In this document: positions 1 through 9,062 of the stretch, piece by piece
Layout: every line of letters begins with the position of its first letter
Position numbering within the stretch: position 1 is the stretch's first letter
NCBI GenBank assembly: GCA_965224705.1
Contig: OZ245056.1
Location: forward strand, 1,472,001-1,536,000
DNA: 64,000 nucleotides
Origin: Spirochaetaceae bacterium
Lineage (GTDB): Bacteria > Spirochaetota > Spirochaetia > DSM-2461
Reading direction: 5' to 3'
Notes under the pieces: model-generated
What the model saw: only the letters and a program-made list of their open reading frames with translations
What the model was told of the DNA's origin: nothing
Databases searched by the model: none
Made by a program: the position numbers and the translations under genes

Positions 1-759
1 TCCCAGGCTTCCCACATAGGCTGTATTGAAACTCCAGTTGCCGTTTCCCCCGTAGATGGGATCGTAGGTTCCCTCCAGGGCTTCTTTTAGTCCCTCCTCA
101 CTGTTTTGCGAATACCCCCGCCAATAGTAAAGGATCATGCATAAACAGGTGGGGCTGCACCAGGAACGTCCTCCTTTGCTGTAGTTAAACTGAGATTGAA
201 CCGGTACATCTTCAATGCAAACCCTCTTTAGTATGTCCCCCGGGAGGGAAGATCCTGCCCGGGGCATAGGCGAACTAAAGGTGAGGGCCGCGGCGTTGAG
301 AATGGGCATTGCCCCTCCACTGACCTGGTTGAGCCTTATCATCATCTGAAAACGCCGACAGCATCGTTTGAGCGTCAGGGTGTCGGTGGAAACGGCGGCA
401 TCTTCATCCTCCTGATCTATGAAGGAGAACTTCTGGATCAAGGCTTTCGGAGGAGCCCATACCGCCATCCGGTACCAGGTTGTCCACCGATGGCCGATCT
501 CCCCCCTCAGGAATACTTCCATCCACCCATGGTTCCCGCAGAGGGCATTCCACGAAGGGATTATCTCTTGAATATCGAAGGGGCTTTCCACCACCGGGCT
601 GAGCAGTTCCACCGTCCCGGCAATGGGAAGGGTGCTCTTCCACCCCAGGGAGGAGTAAACTGACTCTTGATCTAAGGCATTTTTCCCGGTAGTCTGAAAG
701 TCGAAGAGGCGGAATCCTGTTTTGTAAGCACCATCATTTTGCTGTATCATGTTATCCAT
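1..759 (-). CDS. C39-like (papain-fold) peptidase family protein, runs off the left edge
   Basis: Manual translation from the ATG at 759 is open to the window edge (MDNMIQQNDG...WCSPTCLCMILYYW...YDPIYGGNGNWSFNTAY). The CSPT and GNWxFNTAY motifs are typical of peptidase C39-like proteins. It is absent from the ORF track because its stop lies outside the window. Confidence 0.75.
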   Translation of the reverse strand, partial: MDNMIQQNDGAYKTGFRLFDFQTTGKNALDQESVYSSLGWKSTLPIAGTVELLSPVVESPFDIQEIIPSWNALCGNHGWMEVFLRGEIGHRWTTWYRMAVWAPPKALIQKFSFIDQEDEDAAVSTDTLTLKRCCRRFQMMIRLNQVSGGAMPILNAAALTFSSPMPRAGSSLPGDILKRVCIEDVPVQSQFNYSKGGRSWCSPTCLCMILYYWRGYSQNSEEGLKEALEGTYDPIYGGNGNWSFNTAYVGSLG

Positions 760-2408
760 GCAAGTTTGTAAGATACTAAAAAGTCGCGGGATAAACCAGT
801 TGTTTAACTCCTTTGTGTGTTTCCCCTTGTTTTTCTGATACTACACTATCATGGTGGAGTTTTAAAGCTCTCTGAATTCTAAGATTTTCCATTGGGAGGC
901 CATTCATGCACGAATTGGGACGCCCCGGTGCTTTGTTCATGCTCGGGTTGTACGGATGCGAAAAACTTGGCGAAAAAGATAAAAGACTCCTTGAGCTGAT
1001 TAAACCTTCCGGGATAATTCTTTTTAAGAGAAATATCCAGACCGCCGAACAGGTTGATCGCCTCATTGATGAAACCGCAAGGTTTCTTGGGTACAAACCG
1101 CTTATTTCGATTGATCAGGAAGGAGGCATCGTCAGCCGCCTCACCGAGGGCTTCACTGTTTCTCCGGGAGCCATGGCCCTGGGCCGGACGGGGAATAGCC
1201 AATATGCCTACGAGGCGGGGAAAATACTGGGAAAAGAGATGAAAGCCCTGGGCATCGACTGGGATCTGGCCCCGGTTGTCGATATTAACAACAATCCGGA
1301 TAATCCGGGGATCGGAATCCGTTCTTTTGGCGATAAAAGAGAAATCGTCACCGAATTTGCCGGGCAGTTTGTCCGCGGCCTGGAAACCCAGGGCATTATT
1401 TCCTGTCTGAAGCACTTCCCCGGTAAGGGACGGGTAAGGATAGATGCCCATCTGGATATGCCGGTTCTCGACGTGGAAGAAGCCGTGCTATTTGAAGAAG
1501 AACTCCATCCGTACATGAAGATTAAGTCCCCCAGCTGGATGCCAAGTCATGTCCATTATTCGGCACTCCAGACCAAGAAGGAACCCGCTTCGGTGAGCCG
1601 AGAAATCCTCACCGATTTAGTGAGGGGACGCCTTGGATATGGCGGTGTCCTTGTTGCCGACGACATGACGATGGGGGGTGTAACCAACTACTATTCGGTT
1701 GCCCAGGGGGTCAAGCTTTCCTTCTATGCCGGCATGGATGTCCTGCTTATCTGCCATGATTATGATAAGCAGGTTGAGTCCTACAATGTTCTTGTAAAAG
1801 AGGTCGAACAAAATGAGACGGCCCGAATGAGGATGGAGGAATCCCTCAAACGGATAGAAGGCCTCTTTCTTTTGAGGAACGTCGAAAAACCTTCCAGGGA
1901 TTGCCTGGGAGAACCGGCCCATCTTCAGGTGATGAGGGAGATAAGCGGTAAGGCCGTTGAAATATTGAAGAACGAAGATAAGGCCATTCCCCTCAAAGGT
2001 GTTGATCTGATTTATGCGGTTGATTTGGGAACCGGAAAAGTTCAGGTGGAGGATAAAAACCGGGAGGCTTGCCCACCGGCTTTCCGGCTTTCCCGTGAAA
2101 CAGGGGCCCCCGTGACAAGAATTACACAGGAAATTCTTGCCGCCCCTACCGAAGCAGCCAGGGCCGCCGGGGGCAAGAAGGTTGTTATCTTCACGGAAAA
2201 TGCCCACCTCGACGGAGGGATGAAGGCTTTTATCCGGGAACTTTCCCGTAAGGCAGGGGTGTTGACGCTATGTGCGTTGAGGAATCCCTACGACCGGGAC
2301 ATTGAGGGGGTACGGAATGCGGTCTGCTCCTATGGATATACGCCGATGCAGCAGGAGAGTATCGTTGAGCTGATGCTGGGTGGGGGATAATCAAACGATG
2401 TCCGCCTC
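444..2408. repeat. ~2-kb direct duplication unit A, copy 1 (5' part of the C39 gene + nagZ)
   Basis: Near-identical to 5494-7751 once the MITE at 5702-5986 is removed. Confidence 0.95.
906..2390 (+). CDS. nagZ: GH3 beta-N-acetylhexosaminidase (NagZ-like), copy 1
   Basis: SIDQEGG, APVVD, RSFG, KHFPGxG..DAH and ADDMTMGG motifs, plus a C-terminal GH3 domain (LRNPYD). Confidence 0.9.
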   Translation: MHELGRPGALFMLGLYGCEKLGEKDKRLLELIKPSGIILFKRNIQTAEQVDRLIDETARFLGYKPLISIDQEGGIVSRLTEGFTVSPGAMALGRTGNSQYAYEAGKILGKEMKALGIDWDLAPVVDINNNPDNPGIGIRSFGDKREIVTEFAGQFVRGLETQGIISCLKHFPGKGRVRIDAHLDMPVLDVEEAVLFEEELHPYMKIKSPSWMPSHVHYSALQTKKEPASVSREILTDLVRGRLGYGGVLVADDMTMGGVTNYYSVAQGVKLSFYAGMDVLLICHDYDKQVESYNVLVKEVEQNETARMRMEESLKRIEGLFLLRNVEKPSRDCLGEPAHLQVMREISGKAVEILKNEDKAIPLKGVDLIYAVDLGTGKVQVEDKNREACPPAFRLSRETGAPVTRITQEILAAPTEAARAAGGKKVVIFTENAHLDGGMKAFIRELSRKAGVLTLCALRNPYDRDIEGVRNAVCSYGYTPMQQESIVELMLGGG

Positions 2409-2589
2409 TGAACTTTAATGAAAAATTACGATATTTCATTAAGCACATTTCTTCTTTCTGCTGCCTCTGAGCCTGTATGCCTGGAGGAACGCATCGCTGA
2501 CAAACTGGGCGTCATTCTTTTTGGCAAAGGCCTTTCGGCCTGGGGAATTTTCCTATGCTTTTTTATTGACCCATGCTACACTCTATACC

Positions 2590-4353
2590 ATGAAGAAACG
2601 CTTGTCCCAGGGTATCTCTGATTTCAAGAAATTCATCGACGAAAACTGTTATTTTGTCGATAAAACCCATCTCATCAAGTATCTTATCGACAATCCCAGC
2701 GAAGTACACCTGATTACCCGCCCCCGGCGTTTCGGCAAAACCCTGAATTTGAGCATGATCCGCTATTTCTTTGAGGCTCCCTGTCCGGGGAGTTCCGAAC
2801 CGGCTAACGGCTATCTCTTTGACACTATGTCTATACGCGATCATCCCCGGTGCGTCCAGTACCAGGGGCAGTATCCGGTGATACATTTAAGTTTCAAGGA
2901 TGCCAAGGGGGCTTCGTTTGATGAATGTATGGAATTGATCAGGGATATGCTCTCCACGGAATACCGTCGGCATGGGTATTTACAAGATTGTAAAGTATTG
3001 CGTGATTCTGAGCAGAAAGTTTTCTCCAAAACAATTGATAAAAACGGCACAGATCAGGATTATGCACAATCCATAAAACACCTCTCATCCTGGCTAAAGC
3101 GAGCCTACGGCAAGCCAGCCTACATTCTGCTGGACGAGTACGACACTCCCATGATGGCCGCCTACCTTGGGGGGTATTACAGCCAGATGGCATCCTTCAT
3201 CCGCAGCTTCATGGTACAGAGCTTCAAAGACAACCCCAACCTGAAGCAGGGGGTGGTCATCGGCATACTCAAGGCGGCCCAGGAGAGCATCTTCAGCGGC
3301 TTTAACAATCCGGCGGTGTCCACCATCCTGGACCCGGACATGGAGGACTGCTTTGGATTCACCGATGGCGAAGTGGTGAAAATGGCATCGTATTACGGCC
3401 TGAAAGACAGAATGGAGGAGATACGGCAGTGGTACAACGGCTATGTTTTCGGCAGCGGCACCGTTATCTACAACCCCTGGAGCATTGTCAGTTTTCTTAA
3501 CAAGCCAGCAGCGGGTCTACGCCCCTACTGGGTAAACACCAGCGACAACAGGCTGGTGCGGGAGGCCCTGCAGTTGGAAAGAAACGAATCCATCGAAATT
3601 GTCTCCCGCCTGCTGGGGGGAAGGGAGGTGAGAAAAGAGGTCTACCACCACATCGTCTACCCGGAGATAGCGAAGAGCCCTGATGCGGTGTGGAGTTTTC
3701 TTCTCCATGGCGGCTATCTGAAGGCCACCGACCGGCAGCAGCATGAATACGGCCAGGATTATCGTCTGTCGATTCCAAACAAAGAGGTGCACTATGTTTA
3801 CAACAAGATCATTAAATCCTGGCTGGATGACGAGTTTCAGGCCAGGGAAGATTTTCTGGCCTTCATCCGGGGCGTGAGGGAGATAAATCCCCGCCTGATT
3901 GAGCTCAGCCTGACTGCGATGCTGCGGGTACTGGCCAGCTTCCACGACATGGCCCCAACCGGGCGCCCGAAGTCGGATAAAAGGAATAAGAAAAGCGGAG
4001 AGATGTTCTACCACGGCCTTCTTCTGGGCTTGCTGGCCTATCTTGGCGGAGAGTACATGGTGGAGAGCAACCGGGAATACGGCACCGGTCGGGCGGACAT
4101 AGTGCTGACCAAGCGCGCCGCCCGGGGGTGTAGCTGGAGCGACGAGGCTCTGCTCTTTGAACTGAAGCAGGAAGACAGCGGCAGCACAACCCCGCTGAAG
4201 CAGGTGGCCGCCGAGGCCTTAAGTCAGGCCATGGAAAAGTACACGGACGGCGCAATGGCCAGGTGGCAGCCCAAACGCTCTCTGGTGCTGGGGGTGGGTT
4301 TTCGCGGGAAGGATCTGGCACTGGTCTACGAAAGCCTGCCGCATGCTGGCTGA
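2590..4353 (+). CDS. AAA-ATPase-like + PD-(D/E)XK nuclease (DUF1703/PDDEXK_9 type), paralog 1
   Basis: GISDFK..YFVDKT, RPRRFGKTLNLSM, LLDEYDTP, YNPWS, FYHGLLLGLL, SNREYGTGRAD, FELK. ATG 2590 is preferred: TGnTACACT lies 7 nt upstream and the start aligns with paralog 2. Confidence 0.92.
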   Translation: MKKRLSQGISDFKKFIDENCYFVDKTHLIKYLIDNPSEVHLITRPRRFGKTLNLSMIRYFFEAPCPGSSEPANGYLFDTMSIRDHPRCVQYQGQYPVIHLSFKDAKGASFDECMELIRDMLSTEYRRHGYLQDCKVLRDSEQKVFSKTIDKNGTDQDYAQSIKHLSSWLKRAYGKPAYILLDEYDTPMMAAYLGGYYSQMASFIRSFMVQSFKDNPNLKQGVVIGILKAAQESIFSGFNNPAVSTILDPDMEDCFGFTDGEVVKMASYYGLKDRMEEIRQWYNGYVFGSGTVIYNPWSIVSFLNKPAAGLRPYWVNTSDNRLVREALQLERNESIEIVSRLLGGREVRKEVYHHIVYPEIAKSPDAVWSFLLHGGYLKATDRQQHEYGQDYRLSIPNKEVHYVYNKIIKSWLDDEFQAREDFLAFIRGVREINPRLIELSLTAMLRVLASFHDMAPTGRPKSDKRNKKSGEMFYHGLLLGLLAYLGGEYMVESNREYGTGRADIVLTKRAARGCSWSDEALLFELKQEDSGSTTPLKQVAAEALSQAMEKYTDGAMARWQPKRSLVLGVGFRGKDLALVYESLPHAG

Positions 4354-4400
4354 TATTGAACACCGAGTCCATTGAGACGGGTCGTACTCCTGGAAAGGCA

Positions 4401-4988
4401 TCAGTCGGAATCGGGCAGGCCGTTCATGACATAGGTTCCTGTGTAAAGGAAATCACACAATCGTGACGGATTGTACATATAAGAAGGATATCCATAATCG
4501 ACCCAATTGGAGATTTCTTTATCATATGCGGCATCCATGCGGATAATTTTCCCGTCTTCATATCGGATCAGCTGATCACTCTTATAAGTCTTATCATTAT
4601 AGGTAATCCTAATACCGAGATAACGAACAGCTTCTTTTATATCGGTTTTTTTCAATTTAGATTCTTCATGTCCCGGAGAGTGAGGGGATTCCACTATGAA
4701 TCTAATGGATCCTTCCTCTAGTTTTTCAGTATCATAATACCCCTCATCGTTCCAAATTCTGTAAAACCGGGATATCCAGATATTGTCATGTATAACCCCG
4801 CCCTCCTGATCAACAACATCTATATGTATACTCTCCAGGTGTTCATCCAAATTCGGCAAATTGTTAATCTGGACCGTAAAACCGAAGAAGTAAATATCCG
4901 GATCACTGTCCGCAGGCAGTTGAAGACAGGATGTAAGTAATAACACCGCAAAACCAATGAAAATAAGCAAATGAATTGATTTTTTCAT
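4401..4988 (-). CDS. Hypothetical lipoprotein
   Basis: Signal peptide with lipobox LLTSC. Confidence 0.7.
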   Translation of the reverse strand: MKKSIHLLIFIGFAVLLLTSCLQLPADSDPDIYFFGFTVQINNLPNLDEHLESIHIDVVDQEGGVIHDNIWISRFYRIWNDEGYYDTEKLEEGSIRFIVESPHSPGHEESKLKKTDIKEAVRYLGIRITYNDKTYKSDQLIRYEDGKIIRMDAAYDKEISNWVDYGYPSYMYNPSRLCDFLYTGTYVMNGLPDSD

Positions 4989-5111
4989 ATTTTTACACCT
5001 CTCGAAGATGAAGAAGCCGGATGATGCTTCAATTCGCTGAAGGCATTATCTTCGGATACTCTAATATGTCCTGAGAAGCAGATGAACATCGATAAGAATC
5101 TACGAAAACTG

Positions 5112-5146
5112 GCGAAAATCGGCGAAATCTGCGAAATCTGCGGATA
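5112..5146. repeat. Short 9-bp tandem repeat (GCGAAATCT-like x3-4)
   Basis: ggcgaaaatcggcgaaatctgcgaaatctgcggat. Confidence 0.7.
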
Positions 5147-5311
5147 AAACAGGTTGATTCTCTCAATACAGGACACAATGTCAATAGTTATGGGTGGTTC
5201 CGACAGCCAATGATTCCTTCACCAATTCCGTATTCTCAAGGGTTGAAAAGCAGTTTTTTGACTGAAGAGTCGATCAGACGAGTGGTTGAGGTAAAAAAGG
5301 AGGACGTGTTT

Positions 5312-5500
5312 GTGAAAAGAATGTATTTCTCCCTATTGGCAGTCGGCCTGCTACCTTGTGTCCCTGGAGCCTTGCCGCCCGGGGTGATGAAGAAGCAGGC
5401 AAGAATGGAGAGATAACGGTTGAATCCGGGGTGAAAAGGGGCGGCATTGTGAATGTAACCTCTTCAAAACAGGGAGTTTTGATTAAAAATTTCAAGCCTT
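5312..5500 (+). pseudogene. 5' fragment of an OppA-like peptide ABC solute-binding protein gene
   Basis: AGGAGG RBS, then MKRMYFSLLAVGLL..., a frameshift into SLAARGDEEAGK...KRGGIVNV...GVLIKNFKP (resembles the family 5 GG...NFNP N-terminus), cut off at the duplication junction. Confidence 0.5.
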
Positions 5501-6101
5501 TGGGAGAAACCCATACCGCCATTCGGTACCAGGTTGTCCACCGAGGGCCGATCCTCCCCCTCAGGAACACTTTCATCCACCCATGGTTCCCGCAGAGACA
5601 TTCCACGAAGGGATTATCTCTTGAATATCGAAGGGGCTTTCCACCACCAGGCTGAGCAGTTCCACCGTCCCGGCAATGGGAAGGCTCCTCTTCCATCCCT
5701 GGAGTCTGTCGGACTTACGCCTCACGGCTCGATTTTGCCCTTCTCTCCAGAAGCAAGCCTCCTGCTTGCTTCTGGAGAGCCGCCTTCGTTCGTTTTCGCC
5801 GCCATCCGTGGCGGCTTTTCCTCGCTATCGCTCGGCACTCTCTCAGGATGCGAGTCCATAGACTCGCATCCCCTGCTGCGGCGTTGCCAAAATACTCACG
5901 TAGCCCAACTACGCTCCGTTTTTGTCGCCTTGCACCAGGAAAAAATCATCAAAAATCGCCTCGAAGCCTTAAAGTCCGACAGACTCCCAGGGAGGAGTAA
6001 ATTGACTCTTGACCTGAAGCATTTCTCCCGGTAGTCTGAAGGCCAAGGAGACGAAAGCCTGTTTTGTAAGTGCCACTATTCTGCGGGATCATGTTATCCA
6101 T
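5500..6101 (-). pseudogene. Truncated second copy of the C39-like peptidase gene
   Basis: Matches 444-759 but is interrupted by a MITE, frameshifted, and lacks the catalytic C-terminal half. Confidence 0.85.
5702..5986. mobile_element. MITE family A (IS1182-type ends), long variant with an internal hairpin insert
   Basis: TIR GAGTCTGTCGGACTT / AAGTCCGACAGACTC with flanks CCTG/CCAG. The empty site is visible in copy 1 at ~645. Confidence 0.92.
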
Positions 6102-6248
6102 GCAAGTTTGTAAGATACTTAAAAAATCGCGGGATAAACCGGCTGTTTAACTCCTTTGTGTGTTTCCCCTTGTTTTTCTGATACTACACTATCATGGTGG
6201 AGTTTTAAAGCTCTCTGAATTCTAAGATTTTCCATTGGGAGGCCATTC

Positions 6249-7733
6249 ATGCACGAATTGGGACGCCCCGGTGCTTTGTTCATGCTCGGGTTGTACGGAT
6301 GCGAAAAACTGGGCGAAAAAGATAAAAGACTCCTTGAGCTGATTAAACCTTCCGGGATAATTCTTTTTAAGAGAAATATCCAGACCGCCGAACAGGTTGA
6401 TCGCCTCATCGGTGAAACGACAGGATTTCTTGGGTACAAACCGCTTATCTCGATTGATCAGGAAGGAGGCGTCGTCAGCCGTCTCACCGAGGGCTTCACT
6501 GTTTCTCCGGGAGCCATGGCCCTGGGCCGGACGGGGAATAGCCAATATGCCTACGAGGCGGGGAAAATACTGGGAAAAGAGATGAAAGCCCTGGGTATCG
6601 ACTGGGATCTGGCCCCGGTTGTTGATATTAACAACAATCCGGATAATCCGGAGATCGGAATCCGTTCTTTTGGCGATACAAGAGAAATCGTCACCGAATT
6701 TGCCGGACAGTTTGTCCGCGGCCTGGAAACCCAGGGCATTATTGCCTGTCTGAAACACTTCCCCGGTAAGGGCCGGGTATGGATAGATGCCCATCTGGAT
6801 ATGTCGGTTCTCGACGTGGAAGAAGCCGTGTTATTTGAAGAAGAACTCCATCCTTACATGAAAATTAAATCCCCCAGCTGGATGCCAAGTCATGTCTATT
6901 ATTCGGCACTCCAGACCAGGAAGGAACCCGCTTCGGTCAGCAGAGAAATCCTCACTGATTTAGTGAGGGGACGCCTTGGATATGACGGTGTCCTTGTTGC
7001 CGACAACATGACGATGGGGGGTATAACCAACTACTATTCGGTTGCCCAGGGGGTCAAGCTTTCCTTCTATGCCGGCATGGATGTCCTGCTTATCTGCCAT
7101 GATTATGATAAGCAGGTTGAGTCCTACAATGTTCTTGTAAAAGAGGTAGAGCAAAATGAGACGGCCCGAATGAGGATGGAAGAATCCCTCAAACGGATAG
7201 AAGGCCTCTTTCTTTTGAGGAACGGCGAAAAACCTTCCAGGGATTGCCTGGGAGAACCGGCCCATCTTCAGGTGATGAGGGAGATAAGCGGTAAGGCCGT
7301 TGAAATATTGAAGAACGAAGATAAGGCCATTCCCCTCAAAGGTGTTGATCTGATTTATGCGGTTGATTTGGGAACCGGAAAAGTTCAGGTGGAGGATAAA
7401 AACCGGGAGGCTTGCCCACCGGCTTTCCGGCTTTCCCGTGAAACAGGGGCCCCCGTGATAAGAATTACACAGGAAATTCTTGCCGCCCCTACCGAAGCAG
7501 CCAGGGCCGCCGGGGGCAGGAGGGTCGTCATCTTTACGGAAAATGCCCACCTCGACGGAGGGATGAAGGCTTTTATCCGGGAACTTTCCCGTAAGGCAGA
7601 GGTATTGGTGCTATGTGCGTTGAGGAATCCCTACGACCGGAACATTGAGGGGGTACGGAATGCGGTCTGCTCCTATGGATATACGCCGATGCAGCAGGAG
7701 AGTATCGTTGACCTGATGCTGGGTGGGGGATAA
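6249..7733 (+). CDS. nagZ: GH3 beta-N-acetylhexosaminidase (NagZ-like), copy 2
   Basis: Same length as copy 1, about 22 of 494 residues different by eye; first gene of the namZ operon. Confidence 0.9.
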   Translation: MHELGRPGALFMLGLYGCEKLGEKDKRLLELIKPSGIILFKRNIQTAEQVDRLIGETTGFLGYKPLISIDQEGGVVSRLTEGFTVSPGAMALGRTGNSQYAYEAGKILGKEMKALGIDWDLAPVVDINNNPDNPEIGIRSFGDTREIVTEFAGQFVRGLETQGIIACLKHFPGKGRVWIDAHLDMSVLDVEEAVLFEEELHPYMKIKSPSWMPSHVYYSALQTRKEPASVSREILTDLVRGRLGYDGVLVADNMTMGGITNYYSVAQGVKLSFYAGMDVLLICHDYDKQVESYNVLVKEVEQNETARMRMEESLKRIEGLFLLRNGEKPSRDCLGEPAHLQVMREISGKAVEILKNEDKAIPLKGVDLIYAVDLGTGKVQVEDKNREACPPAFRLSRETGAPVIRITQEILAAPTEAARAAGGRRVVIFTENAHLDGGMKAFIRELSRKAEVLVLCALRNPYDRNIEGVRNAVCSYGYTPMQQESIVDLMLGGG

Positions 7734-7799
7734 TCAAACAATGTCCGTCTCCCCCTGTGCTCCCTGTTTACCCATGGTCTGATTGAGTGGGAGAAGCGG

Positions 7800-9062
7800 G
7801 TGATCAAGAACAGCGAAAAAACCACCTGGTTTGGCTCCGAGGTACTGACCGACCACGAAGAGGGTCAGGGGCTGCGCGACTACCTTCGGGGCCGCAAGGT
7901 AGGAATACTGGCCCATTCAGCATCCCTGGACCGCCGCCTGCGGCCAGTATGGGAAAGAGTCGCCGCCCTTGGGAAAATCAAAATAACAGCCCTTTTTGGA
8001 CCTCAGCATGGATTCGCTGGAGAGAAACAGGACAATATGATCGAGAGTGGGGACACCTACAACCCCGAACTTGATGCTCCGGTGTTCAGCCTCTATGGCG
8101 AAACCCGTCGGCTCAAGCCTGAGTGGCTTGATTACTTTGATGTGCTGCTGATCGATCTGCAGGATGTGGGTGTTCGGGTCTACACCTTTCTGACAACCCT
8201 GACCTACATCCTGGAAGACCTTGCCAACCGGGACGATAAGGAGGTCTGGATCCTTGATAGGCCAAACCCCGTTGGAAGGGCAGTGGAGGGGCTGCGGCTG
8301 AAACGGGGCCATGAGAGTTTCGTGGGGGCCGCAGAAATCCCCATGCAGCATGGCCTCACCATGGGCGAGTTTGCCTCCTGGTATATTGGAACAGGGCGGT
8401 TAAACACCCGTTTAAAAGTTGTTCCAATGATCGGCTGGAAGCCGGAAAACCCCTGGCCGATGGACCACCCCTGGCTGCAGCCAAGCCCCAACATGCCGGG
8501 ACTCTATACCGCCCGTTCCTACCCCGGCACCGTCCTCCTGGAGGCAACAACCCTGTCGGAGGGGAGGGGAACCACTCGGCCGCTTTCGCTATTCGGCCAC
8601 CCGGAGGTGAACTGGGAGGATGTCCACGGCTGGATTGAGGCCTACGCACCGGGGGCCTTTGATGGGGTTGGCCTGCGCCGGGCTGTCTTTGAACCAACCT
8701 TTCATAAACACTCAGGGAAGAGGTGCGGCGGCTATGAACTCATCGCCGAAGATCCCCTCTACGATCCCCGCCGATTCAAACCCTATCGGCTTATCACATG
8801 GGTGCTCATGGCGATTCGCAGACAGCATCCGGACCTTCCCCTCTGGATTTCGCCTCCCTACGAGTACGAATACAGGCGGATGCCCATCGATGTCATCAGT
8901 GGGAGCGATCGGCTGCGCCGCTGGGTGGACGGGGATGGAAGCGCTGTTGACTCTCTGGAAGCCTTTATTTCCGCGGACGAGGAATCCTGGCGTGAAGAAA
9001 TCCGCGGCTGGCTCCTCTATGGGGGGCGGGAAAAAGGACAATCCCCTGACAGCCATGACTGA
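7800..9062 (+). CDS. namZ: DUF1343 exo-beta-N-acetylmuramidase (NamZ/YbbC-like)
   Basis: LFGPQHGF, SLYG, DLQDVGVRVYTF, LDRPNP, PSPNMP, SEGRGTTRP motifs. Confidence 0.9.
   Translation: MIKNSEKTTWFGSEVLTDHEEGQGLRDYLRGRKVGILAHSASLDRRLRPVWERVAALGKIKITALFGPQHGFAGEKQDNMIESGDTYNPELDAPVFSLYGETRRLKPEWLDYFDVLLIDLQDVGVRVYTFLTTLTYILEDLANRDDKEVWILDRPNPVGRAVEGLRLKRGHESFVGAAEIPMQHGLTMGEFASWYIGTGRLNTRLKVVPMIGWKPENPWPMDHPWLQPSPNMPGLYTARSYPGTVLLEATTLSEGRGTTRPLSLFGHPEVNWEDVHGWIEAYAPGAFDGVGLRRAVFEPTFHKHSGKRCGGYELIAEDPLYDPRRFKPYRLITWVLMAIRRQHPDLPLWISPPYEYEYRRMPIDVISGSDRLRRWVDGDGSAVDSLEAFISADEESWREEIRGWLLYGGREKGQSPDSHD

Larger units (their letters stand above)
5494..7751. repeat. Duplication unit A, copy 2
   Basis: Direct repeat of 444-2408 carrying one MITE insertion. 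Confidence 0.95.

Noticed and set aside
2521..2589. Upstream in-frame extensions in the ORF track (also 8620, 10779, 13282, 39511, 46916, 49108, 50340, 54837)
   Set aside because: They overlap neighbouring genes or MITEs; homologous starts and RBS or -10 signals point to the downstream codons used here.
5534..6034. ORFs such as 5534-6034, 15701-16008, 21330-21662 and 62169-62411
   Set aside because: They are translations of MITE-A sequence (RCQNTHVAQLRS...), not genes.
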